Below, piece by piece: positions 8,380-16,049 of a stretch of 32,850 nt of DNA (its first letter is position 1; each line of letters starts with the position of its first letter). Position numbers and translations under genes: made by a program. A model generated the notes under the pieces. The model saw nothing but the letters and a program-made list of their open reading frames with translations, searched no databases and was not told where the DNA came from. Source of the stretch: a virus (lineage: Duplodnaviria > Heunggongvirae > Uroviricota > Caudoviricetes); IMG/VR virus record IMGVR_UViG_2548876941_000012; one strand, 5' to 3'.

Positions 8380-8852
8380 TGAAAAAATGGTTGTTTTGTT
8401 TAGTAGGGGTTATTTTCTCTTGTTCTGTGCTAGCACAGACAGAGGAACAGGCGCAAAAGGAACTGAAACGTTATCAGGATATGAAGCCATTGGCTGAACA
8501 GATGCTTCGGGAAAGTGGAAAACTTTATTACGCTATGCCAGAAGCTGCATCGCAGTATCAGCAGGGAAATATTGAAGAGTGGAAGAATATCAAAAAAGGA
8601 CTAAAACAACTGGATGAACAGGCCAGTAAACTGGGGGACGACCCGCTTGATCCTGTGTATGGTTCCTGCATAAAAATGAAAAACCAGCTACAGGATTACT
8701 GGTCTAACGTTATCAGGGATGACAGGCAGTTTCTGGAGCGTTCAAGAAATCAGTTTAAAGAATATCGTATGGATTGTTTTGATTCGTTTGTTTTTGGTAA
8801 AGAGCAAATAGAATCAAGAAAAGGCCTGGTTATTCTAGACCTGACTAAATAA
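8376..8852 (+). CDS. secreted or periplasmic protein of unknown function (moron candidate)
   Basis: 158 aa with N-terminal signal peptide (MMKKWLFCLVGVIFSCSVLA, likely cleavage after VLA); visibly AT-richer than flanking phage genes; followed by a strong intrinsic terminator. Confidence 0.7.
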   Translation: MMKKWLFCLVGVIFSCSVLAQTEEQAQKELKRYQDMKPLAEQMLRESGKLYYAMPEAASQYQQGNIEEWKNIKKGLKQLDEQASKLGDDPLDPVYGSCIKMKNQLQDYWSNVIRDDRQFLERSRNQFKEYRMDCFDSFVFGKEQIESRKGLVILDLTK

Positions 8853-8862
8853 GACTTAGTTT

Positions 8863-8890
8863 AGCCCCTGCCATGCAGGGGCTTTTTTTG
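8863..8890 (+). terminator. rho-independent terminator
   Basis: AGCCCCTGC cat GCAGGGGCT stem-loop followed by TTTTTTT. Confidence 0.8.
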
Positions 8891-8894
8891 TGGT

Positions 8895-8923
8895 CTGTAC
8901 AGGCGATCATGTATGGCTATAAT
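8895..8923 (+). promoter_or_regulatory. promoter-like element with consensus -10 and weak -35
   Basis: TATAAT at 8918-8923; the hexamer 17 nt upstream is CTGTAC (poor match to TTGACA); about 30 nt upstream of the Mor/C-family gene. Confidence 0.45.
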
Positions 8924-8952
8924 AACAGTAAGTTACTACCGGAGACGCCATC

Positions 8953-9420
8953 ATGCAGACCTTCAGTGAAACAGATCTTCGCGATGCGCAGGCACTGCTG
9001 CCCGATTCCGTGCAGCAACTGATTAGCGTGATTGGCTTCCCCGCCCTGACCCGGTTGATTCGTTCTTTTGGTGGCGTGACGTTAAGCGGTAAAACCGGCG
9101 TACACGCCGAACGCACCGGCGGTGTCCATGCCCTGTTACATGACGTGCTCACCGAAGACGAAATCAACAAACTGATCCGCTTTCTTGGCGGTGCTCCGTT
9201 TTACATTCCCCGTTGCGATCATGCGTTACGTGCCCTGCGTAACACCCGTTTTATGGCTGATTTACAGCAGCATGTAAAAGACGGATGCTCACACCGGCAG
9301 GCGCTGGCACTGCTCTGTCCCCGTTACGGCATTTCAGACCGGTACGCATGGCAGCTGATACACCGACGACAAAAACAGACTTCGCTGAAAAGCCCCACCC
9401 AGGTGGGGCTTTTTGATTAA
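8953..9420 (+). CDS. Mor/C-family transcriptional activator
   Basis: 155 aa; LGGAPFYIPR motif and C-terminal HTH-like LCPRYGISDRYAWQLIHRR resemble Mu Mor/C proteins; position between early region and lysis genes. Confidence 0.7.
   Translation: MQTFSETDLRDAQALLPDSVQQLISVIGFPALTRLIRSFGGVTLSGKTGVHAERTGGVHALLHDVLTEDEINKLIRFLGGAPFYIPRCDHALRALRNTRFMADLQQHVKDGCSHRQALALLCPRYGISDRYAWQLIHRRQKQTSLKSPTQVGLFD
9391..9415 (+). terminator. rho-independent terminator overlapping the 3' end of the Mor/C-family gene
   Basis: AGCCCCAC ccag GTGGGGCT stem-loop followed by TTTTT, ending 3 nt before the stop codon. Confidence 0.7.
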
Positions 9421-9446
9421 TGGGCCTCAGAAAAAAGGAGACACTT

Positions 9447-9725
9447 ATGACCAACTATATGGCACTTGGCGAGTATACGGCCTACTCAGAGCAGGCCCGG
9501 GATGCTGCCGGACGTCGCTTTGCTTATATGAAAAATTTGGCCAGTCAGTTAAACCGAATGGCCGAACAACCGGATATGGTTGTTCAGGAAGAAGCGTTGC
9601 AGTGTGCCATTGCTGACATCATCGCCAGCGAAAACGAGATGCGCGCAGCGATGGAAAAGGCGAACGCCTCTGCTCCGCTTTGTAATAAACCTCTTATTAC
9701 GCCGGATTCTCTTTCCCGCTTCTGA
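9447..9725 (+). CDS. hypothetical protein
   Basis: Track ORF 9420-9725; ATG at 9447 has SD AGGAGA 6 nt upstream, giving 92 aa. Confidence 0.5.
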   Translation: MTNYMALGEYTAYSEQARDAAGRRFAYMKNLASQLNRMAEQPDMVVQEEALQCAIADIIASENEMRAAMEKANASAPLCNKPLITPDSLSRF

Positions 9726-9730
9726 TTTAT

Positions 9731-9750
9731 CACCCCGCCGCCGCGGGGTG
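9731..9750 (+). promoter_or_regulatory. GC-rich hairpin (CACCCCGC cgcc GCGGGGTG)
   Basis: Perfect 8-bp stem, 4-nt loop, no U-tract; its 3' arm overlaps the start of the dyad motif at 9748. Confidence 0.45.
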
Positions 9751-9775
9751 CTGAACTCCCCCAGCAGTACCCACC
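9748..9775 (+). promoter_or_regulatory. candidate late-promoter activator site, copy 1 (GTGCTGAACTCCCCCAGCAGTACCCACC)
   Basis: One of three copies of a GTGCTGAAC-NCCC motif found upstream of late operons (others at 17903 and 29821); about 130 nt upstream of the lysis cassette start. Confidence 0.5.
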
Positions 9776-9907
9776 ACACCAGACCGTTTACCCTGTCCAC
9801 TCAGACCACAAGGCACCTTAAGGGATAGCGCCCTGCAAAAGGCTTTTGTGCCTTTGACAGGGTGTTATTTACGGGCCGTCAGTGGCTCAGATTTACAGGA
9901 GAAACTC

Positions 9908-10300
9908 ATGTCTGAACCCTTATCAGGCGGCGGAGCTGTGGCAGTCACCATCGGTGGTGCCAGTGTGTTTGGCCTTCTCACCAATACCGATTTCGGGGTC
10001 GTGGTGGGCGCGTTTGCCGGGGCGCTTTTTGTTGTCACTCAGCAGAAAGAAATCCCGGTATGGCGAATGGCTATTCACCTGCTCGTCGCGTTTGTGGTTG
10101 GCGTTCTGGGGGCTGGCGTGGCTGCGTCACTGATGCAGTGGCTGACCCACTACAACGACAAACCGCTTGATGCATTGTGTGCGGTCGGTGTCTCGGCGTT
10201 ATCCATCAAGATACTGACCTTTCTTTATCAACAGGAAATTTCATCGCTGTTCGGCCTGTTTTCCAGACTGCGCGGCGGAGGGGGTGGAAATGGAAAGTAG
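9908..10300 (+). CDS. holin-like membrane protein
   Basis: Track ORF 9848-10300; ATG at 9908 with SD AGGAG; 130 aa with three hydrophobic helices; first gene of the lysis cassette. Confidence 0.6.
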   Translation: MSEPLSGGGAVAVTIGGASVFGLLTNTDFGVVVGAFAGALFVVTQQKEIPVWRMAIHLLVAFVVGVLGAGVAASLMQWLTHYNDKPLDALCAVGVSALSIKILTFLYQQEISSLFGLFSRLRGGGGGNGK

Positions 10301-10586
10301 CCTTGCCGGTATCGTGAACGTCTGGCTGTGTCTCGCCATTGTGCTGGGGTTGTTTGTGTATCGCCGCCACGGTGCGGCGCATAAACCGATGATTACCTGG
10401 CTGGCGTACTGGCTGATGCTCGGCTACATCATCATCCCGTTCCGCTGGCTGTCCGGTACATACACGCACTCCAGCTGGCTGGTTGTGGCGCTGAATCTGG
10501 TTTTCTGTGCGCTTATCGTGTGGGCGCACGGGAATTTGTCAAAAATCCTTTCGTTACTGAGGCATCCACATGAAATCAAAAGATGA
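10290..10586 (+). CDS. membrane protein (holin/antiholin-like)
   Basis: Track ORF 10284-10586 (GTG); ATG at 10290 with SD GGAGGGGG upstream; 98 aa with multiple hydrophobic helices; overlaps flanking genes. Confidence 0.5.
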   Translation: MESSLAGIVNVWLCLAIVLGLFVYRRHGAAHKPMITWLAYWLMLGYIIIPFRWLSGTYTHSSWLVVALNLVFCALIVWAHGNLSKILSLLRHPHEIKR

Positions 10587-11115
10587 CATTTTTGATGAAG
10601 TCCTGGGCAAAGAAGGCGGTTACGTCAATCACCCGGACGATAAGGGCGGTCCGACCAAATGGGGCATTACGGAAAAAGTCGCCCGCGCCCACGGATATCG
10701 TGGCGATATGCGCGATTTAACCCGCGAACAGGCGCTGGACATCCTTGAAGCCGATTACTGGTATGGCCCGCGATTTGACCAGATCGCCGCATTATCCCCT
10801 GATATTGCCGCAGAGCTGTGTGATACCGGTGTGAATATGGGGCCAACCGTGGCGTCCAGAATGCTTCAGCGCTGGCTGAATGTGTTCAATCTGCGCGGCA
10901 GGCTGTACCCGGATATGGACGCAGACGGACGCATCGGGCCTCGTACCATCAGTGCATTGCGCGCCTTCCTGAATAATCGCGGTCAGGACGGTGAACGGGT
11001 GATGCTGACGGCCCTGAACTGTACGCAGGGGGACCGCTATCTGGAACTGGCGGAGAAACGCGAGGCTAACGAATCGTTTGTTTATGGCTGGCTGAAGGAG
11101 CGCGTGGCGATATGA
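10570..11115 (+). CDS. endolysin (GH108-type lysozyme with peptidoglycan-binding domain)
   Basis: 181 aa; N-terminal KEGGYVNHPDDKGGPTKWGIT matches the GH108 signature as I recall it; no N-terminal signal or SAR segment. Confidence 0.8.
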   Translation: MKSKDDIFDEVLGKEGGYVNHPDDKGGPTKWGITEKVARAHGYRGDMRDLTREQALDILEADYWYGPRFDQIAALSPDIAAELCDTGVNMGPTVASRMLQRWLNVFNLRGRLYPDMDADGRIGPRTISALRAFLNNRGQDGERVMLTALNCTQGDRYLELAEKREANESFVYGWLKERVAI

Positions 11116-11294
11116 CGCGTCAGCACTGGACCCACAGAACGCCACGTAAAGCCGCGCGCTGTGTTCTGGCCCTGTTTCTGGTGATGTTGCTTCCGGTGGG
11201 ATGCACAGATATTAACAGAACGGGACAGCTGTTAGACGCGGCGGCGCAGGTCTGCCGGATTATTGACGGCATCCGGCAGTGTTCACAGAACTGA
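11112..11294 (+). CDS. small putative lipoprotein (possible outer-membrane spanin-like)
   Basis: 60 aa; hydrophobic N-terminal segment ending LLPVGC (lipobox-like) with further Cys residues; position after the endolysin. Confidence 0.45.
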   Translation: MTRQHWTHRTPRKAARCVLALFLVMLLPVGCTDINRTGQLLDAAAQVCRIIDGIRQCSQN

Positions 11295-11521
11295 TTTTTC
11301 GAAGGTCTGACACAGTGAGCATTATCAGATTTACAGAATACAGAGGTTCAGGAGGTGCTGGCGCTGTCATGGTGCTCGCTGAACGCATCACCCATTTTTA
11401 CCGTCAGTACGGTACACATGATGGCACGGTCATTGAACTGGATACCGGGAAAAACGTGTTTGTTCTTGAAAATCCCGACGAAGTTCAGCGCAGGATTGAA
11501 CAGGCTCAGAAGGACACTTAA
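11279..11521 (+). CDS. hypothetical protein
   Basis: 80-aa track ORF (GTG start); alternative GTG at 11315; no TM segment. Confidence 0.4.
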   Translation: MFTELIFRRSDTVSIIRFTEYRGSGGAGAVMVLAERITHFYRQYGTHDGTVIELDTGKNVFVLENPDEVQRRIEQAQKDT

Positions 11522-12021
11522 TGGCGTGGTCACAGGATATCAGGGACAAAGTCCGTAACGGGTACATCTTTGACCAGCTTCCGCTGGATATCGTCGCCAT
11601 GAAGTTCGCCGTGCCGCACGACACCGCGCGGCGCTGGAAAACGCAGGCGATGAAGAACGGCGACGACTGGGACAAGCTGCGGGCCGCTCACGCGCTCGCC
11701 GGTGACGGACTGGAAAGTGTCGCCCGCACCGTGCTTATCAGTCTGGTGGTGAAGTGTCAGACGACGCTTGAACGGCTGAACCAGAACCCGGACATCCCGC
11801 CGCAGGAGTCCGTCGAACTGCTGGCGAGTCTGTCCGACAGTCTCAGTAAGGCGGTGGCCAGCAGCAAAAAAATCCTGCCGGAAACCGACCGGCTCGCCAC
11901 GGCACTGGAAGTGGTGCAGCGGCTCGGCGCGTTCATCAAGGAGCGTCACCCGGCACAGTATGCCCCGTTTCTTGAGGTGCTCGAAGGCTTCGCTAAAGAG
12001 CTTGAGGATAATTTCAGTTAA
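11521..12021 (+). CDS. terminase small subunit-like protein (Mu gp27-like, tentative)
   Basis: 166 aa with N-terminal HTH-like region (IFDQLPLDIVAMKFAVPHDTARRWK); position upstream of the large terminase. Confidence 0.6.
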   Translation: MAWSQDIRDKVRNGYIFDQLPLDIVAMKFAVPHDTARRWKTQAMKNGDDWDKLRAAHALAGDGLESVARTVLISLVVKCQTTLERLNQNPDIPPQESVELLASLSDSLSKAVASSKKILPETDRLATALEVVQRLGAFIKERHPAQYAPFLEVLEGFAKELEDNFS

Positions 12022-12027
12022 CCACAG

Positions 12028-12047
12028 CGGCCCGGTTTTCCGGGCCG
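12028..12047 (+). promoter_or_regulatory. GC-rich hairpin (CGGCCCGG tttt CCGGGCCG)
   Basis: Perfect 8-bp stem immediately after the TerS-like stop, upstream of the methyltransferase gene; downstream U-tract is weak. Confidence 0.4.
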
Positions 12048-12067
12048 TCTGATATTCGGGATTTGTA

Positions 12068-12808
12068 ATGCAAAAACAGATTATTGGTAACGCAACGTTG
12101 TATTGCGGTGATGTTCTTGATGTGCTGCCGGCGTTATCCGAACGTTTTGATGCCGTCATTACCGACCCGCCTTACAGCAGTGGTGGCACACATAAATCAG
12201 ACCGCAGCATGGCCCCTTCGGACAAGTATGTCGGTCACACCCAGTATGCCGAGTTCAGCGGGGATAACCGCGACCAGCGCAGTTGGGCATACTGGAGCAC
12301 CCTGTGGATGTCCGGGGCTGCCCGCCTTGTGCGCCCCGGTGGTTATGTCATGGTGTTCAGTGACTGGCGACAGCTTCCCACCATGACCGACGTTTTTCAG
12401 GCCGGTGGTGTGCTGTGGCGTGGTCTTGTTGTCTGGGATAAAACGCAGGCTTCCCGTGCGCCACACACCGGCTATTTCCGGCATCAGGCCGAGTATGTGG
12501 TCTGGGGCAGCAACGGAAAACTCGACAAATGTCCGCACGGTGGCCCGTTCCCGGGTGTGATTACGCAGCGTGTTGTCCCGTCCGAAAAACTGCACATGAC
12601 CGCAAAGCCGGTTCAGCTGATGGCCGAGCTGGTTAAACCGCTGGCACCGGATGCGCACGTTCTCGATCCGTTTATGGGAAGCGGCACCACCGCCATCCCG
12701 GTACTTGCCCGTGGCGGACGGTTTACCGGCATTGAAATGACTAACCAGTATTTTGATATCGCCTGCGCACGTATCGAAAAAGCGCAGGCAGAAGCAGCGC
12801 AGGTGTGA
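12068..12808 (+). CDS. DNA methyltransferase, beta-class (N6-adenine or N4-cytosine)
   Basis: 246 aa; catalytic motif IV DPPY near the N-terminus (AVITDPPYSSGG), SAM-binding motif I near the C-terminus (VLDPFMGSGTT); this motif order is the beta-class arrangement. No adjacent restriction gene. Confidence 0.85.
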   Translation: MQKQIIGNATLYCGDVLDVLPALSERFDAVITDPPYSSGGTHKSDRSMAPSDKYVGHTQYAEFSGDNRDQRSWAYWSTLWMSGAARLVRPGGYVMVFSDWRQLPTMTDVFQAGGVLWRGLVVWDKTQASRAPHTGYFRHQAEYVVWGSNGKLDKCPHGGPFPGVITQRVVPSEKLHMTAKPVQLMAELVKPLAPDAHVLDPFMGSGTTAIPVLARGGRFTGIEMTNQYFDIACARIEKAQAEAAQV

Positions 12809-12809
12809 C

Positions 12810-14450
12810 GTGGCAAAACGTAAACTTTCCATTAAAGAGTTTCAGAGAAGCCTGCAGGAGTACATCGCCAACCTCCGCCAGACCATCGAGGCTGAATGTC
12901 TGGGGTTCGATGTAAACCCGCAGGCCACACAGGCCCGCCGGGCGGCAGTCTGTGACCCGGTGACGGGCTACGATTATTTTGTCGAAAACTATTTCCCGCA
13001 CTACGTCCGCAACCCGGCAAAAAGCGAGCTGCATAAATACCTGTTCAGCCGTCTGCCACAGGTTGTGGCAAGCCCGGACCCGGAGAACGACGCCATCGCC
13101 GCGCCCCGTGGTGAAGCAAAATCCACGCTGGTGACTCAGTTGTTTACCCTGTGGACCATTATCCGGGCCATTAAGCATTATCCGGTCATCATTATGGACA
13201 GTATCGACCAGGCTTATCCGATGCTGGAAGCCATCAAGGCTGAACTGGAATTTAACCCCCGTTTAAAAAACGATTTCCCGGAAGTGTGCGGGCAGGGTCG
13301 CGTCTGGCGTATGGGGACCATCGTCACGGCCAACAATATCAAGGTGACCGTTGCCGGTAGTGGTAAAAAGCTGCGTGGTCTGCGCCACGGTCCGTACCGT
13401 CCTGACCTGGTTATCCTCGACGACATCGAGAACGACGAGATGGTGCGTAACCCGGAGCAGCGCGACAAGCTGCATGACTGGCTCACCAAAACCGTGATGC
13501 CGCTGGGCGAGGCTGGTGGTAAAACAGATATTATTTATATCGGAACCATCCTGCATTACGACTCCGTACTGTCGCGCACACTCAATAATCCGATGTGGAA
13601 AACGGCCCGTTTTAAGGCCGTCATTCAGTGGCCTGCCAATATGAAGCTGTGGGACGAGTGGGAAGAACTCATCCGCAACAAACAGCCGGAAGCAGCAGAG
13701 GCACTTTACCGACAGAACGAAGCCGACATGCTCGCCGGGTCGGTGGTGTCATGGGCGGCGCGTCCCCTGCTGGCACTGATGAAAATCCGTGTCCGTGACG
13801 GTCATGACACCTTTGATTCTGAATACCAGAACGACCCGGTCAGCGGTGAAGATGCGCTGTTTGCGGGCTGCATTAAGTTCTGGGTTAACCGTCTTGATGA
13901 ATGGGTGTTTTATGGTGCTGTTGACCCCAGTCTCGGGAAGAAAAACAAAAACCGCGACCCGTCGGCCATTCTCGTGGGGGGCTTTAACCGCTTTACCGGC
14001 ATTCTGGATGTGGTTGAAGCCGATATCCGCCGACGTCTACCAAACAAACTTATCGAAGACGTGATTAAGTATCAGCGGGAATACCACTGTCTGTGCTGGT
14101 CGTTTGAGTCCGTCCAGTTTCAGGAGTTTCTGCGCACCGTGCTGGTTGAGCGTTCGGCGGCGCTGGGCGTTCCGGTTCCGGCGCTGCCGGTCATCCCGCT
14201 GGAGGATAAAGCGCTGCGTATCGAATCCCTTCAGCCGCATATGGCCAACGGCCTGATCCGCATCAGTCCGGCACATCAGACGCTGATTGACCAGCTGCGC
14301 CACTACCCCAAAGCCGACCACGATGATGGCCCGGACTGTCTGCACATGCTGTGGACGCTGGCGGTATCGCGTAGCGCAAAATTTCAGATACACACCCCAC
14401 GCAGCACCGGGCGTGACCGTGGCGGGCGTTTTGGTTCAGGAGGATGGTAA
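12810..14450 (+). CDS. terminase large subunit
   Basis: Track ORF 12753-14450 starts at a TTG inside the methyltransferase gene; GTG at 12810 is 2 nt after the methyltransferase stop. About 546 aa; position before the portal gene. Start is uncertain. Confidence 0.8.
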   Translation: MAKRKLSIKEFQRSLQEYIANLRQTIEAECLGFDVNPQATQARRAAVCDPVTGYDYFVENYFPHYVRNPAKSELHKYLFSRLPQVVASPDPENDAIAAPRGEAKSTLVTQLFTLWTIIRAIKHYPVIIMDSIDQAYPMLEAIKAELEFNPRLKNDFPEVCGQGRVWRMGTIVTANNIKVTVAGSGKKLRGLRHGPYRPDLVILDDIENDEMVRNPEQRDKLHDWLTKTVMPLGEAGGKTDIIYIGTILHYDSVLSRTLNNPMWKTARFKAVIQWPANMKLWDEWEELIRNKQPEAAEALYRQNEADMLAGSVVSWAARPLLALMKIRVRDGHDTFDSEYQNDPVSGEDALFAGCIKFWVNRLDEWVFYGAVDPSLGKKNKNRDPSAILVGGFNRFTGILDVVEADIRRRLPNKLIEDVIKYQREYHCLCWSFESVQFQEFLRTVLVERSAALGVPVPALPVIPLEDKALRIESLQPHMANGLIRISPAHQTLIDQLRHYPKADHDDGPDCLHMLWTLAVSRSAKFQIHTPRSTGRDRGGRFGSGGW

Positions 14451-14453
14451 TTA

Positions 14454-16049
14454 ATGGCACAGCTTGTTGATATTTACGGACGCCCGCTGAAATGTGAGGC
14501 ACTCAAAACCACGCAGTCGGTCAGAGTGGCGGAACGGCTGCGCATTTATCCAGACCACCCGTCGCGTGGTCTGAACATCAGAAAACTGCCGCGCATTCTG
14601 GAAGCTGCCGAACGCGGCTATCTTCCGGCGCAGGCGATGCTGTTTGCGGACATGGAAGAACGTGATGGCCATCTGTTCGCCGAGATGGAAAAGCGCAAAA
14701 AAGCCTTGCTGACACTGGACTGGTCGGTGGAGCCGCCCCGCAATGCCTCGAAGGCAGAAAAGGAGCTGACTGCCGCCGTGGATGAGTGGCTGCACGGCAT
14801 CCCGGACATGGAGGACATCATCCTCAACGGGATGACCAGTGTCGGTTATGGCTTCAGTTGTCAGGAAATCAGCTGGGCGTTCGTGGATAAAACGTGGTTA
14901 CCGGATGCGGTGACGCTGCGCCCGCATAACTGGTTTATTACCCTGCCGGAACACAATGACGAACTCCGGCTGGATGACGGCAACCGTGGGGAAGACGGTA
15001 AGGACGGTTCCGCATTGTGGCCATTCGGCTGGCTGGTTCACCGTTACAACGCCCGGTCGGGGTTCCTGGGTTCATCCGGCCTGTTCCGCGTACTGGTCTG
15101 GCCGTATCTGTTTAAAAACTTTGCGCTGCGTGATATGGCGGAATTTCTGGAGATTTACGGCCTTCCGGCGCGCATTGCCTACTATGCACAGGGCACCAGT
15201 GACGAAGACCGGGATAACATTCTTGAGGCGCTGGTCAATCTGGGGCATGAAGCGGTGGCAGCCCTGCCGCAGGGTAACGAGATTGAGTTCAAGGAAGCCG
15301 CATCCGGCGGACCGGAGGCGTTCATGTCGATGGTGGAATGGGCGGAGCGTACCACCTCAAAAGTGATTCTGGGCAGTACGCTGACCAGCCAGGCCGACGG
15401 TAAAACCTCCACCAACGCACTGGGTAATGTCCATAACGAGGTCCGGCACGACATTCTGACCGCTGATGCACGCCAGCTGTCCGGCATGTTCAGCAGTCTG
15501 ATACAGATGATGGCCAGTCTCAACGGCTGGCAGGATATCCCGTCACGCCGTCTTCCGCGCCTGGTGTTTGATGTGCAGCAGGAAGCTGACATTAAGGGCG
15601 TGGCGGAAGCCGTCAGCGTGTTGCTCAACAATGTGGGGATGAAGGATATCCCGGCGTCGTGGGTGCGCAAAAAAACCGGCATTCCCACCCCGAAAGACGG
15701 CGAAGAGGTACTGGTGCCGGTGGCACAGCCTCTCCCTGTGCAGGTTGGCCTCAGCCAGCTGCGTGAGCGGATGAATGTTGCCGCACTCAGTCAGCAGGGC
15801 AACGGGGAGGACGACCCGGCACAGAACGCCATCGACCGGGCAGAGCTTCCGGCAGAGGCCATCGCGCAGGGGATGAACGAACTGGTGGCTCCACTGGTGC
15901 AGGCCATACAGGAAGGCCGGGATGCAGACGAGGCTATGAACGTACTGGCGGAAGCGTGGCCGGAGCTGCCGGATGAAACGCTGCGGCAGTTGCTGACACA
16001 GGCATTCTTTGTGGCGGATATCTGGGGGCGACTGAATGCCGACAGCTGA
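14454..16049 (+). CDS. portal protein (Mu gp29-like)
   Basis: 531 aa; position between the large terminase and the F-like head morphogenesis gene. Confidence 0.8.
   Translation: MAQLVDIYGRPLKCEALKTTQSVRVAERLRIYPDHPSRGLNIRKLPRILEAAERGYLPAQAMLFADMEERDGHLFAEMEKRKKALLTLDWSVEPPRNASKAEKELTAAVDEWLHGIPDMEDIILNGMTSVGYGFSCQEISWAFVDKTWLPDAVTLRPHNWFITLPEHNDELRLDDGNRGEDGKDGSALWPFGWLVHRYNARSGFLGSSGLFRVLVWPYLFKNFALRDMAEFLEIYGLPARIAYYAQGTSDEDRDNILEALVNLGHEAVAALPQGNEIEFKEAASGGPEAFMSMVEWAERTTSKVILGSTLTSQADGKTSTNALGNVHNEVRHDILTADARQLSGMFSSLIQMMASLNGWQDIPSRRLPRLVFDVQQEADIKGVAEAVSVLLNNVGMKDIPASWVRKKTGIPTPKDGEEVLVPVAQPLPVQVGLSQLRERMNVAALSQQGNGEDDPAQNAIDRAELPAEAIAQGMNELVAPLVQAIQEGRDADEAMNVLAEAWPELPDETLRQLLTQAFFVADIWGRLNADS

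Noticed and set aside
9848-9907. N-terminal 20 codons of the track ORF 9848-10300 upstream of the holin ATG
   Set aside because: The 9848 start has no SD and lies in the promoter/leader region; ATG at 9908 has AGGAG at the right spacing.
12753-12809. TTG start of the large terminase ORF located inside the methyltransferase gene
   Set aside because: It would create a 56-nt overlap with the upstream gene. An in-frame GTG at 12810, 2 nt after the methyltransferase stop, fits the tight coupling seen elsewhere in the operon; the start remains uncertain.
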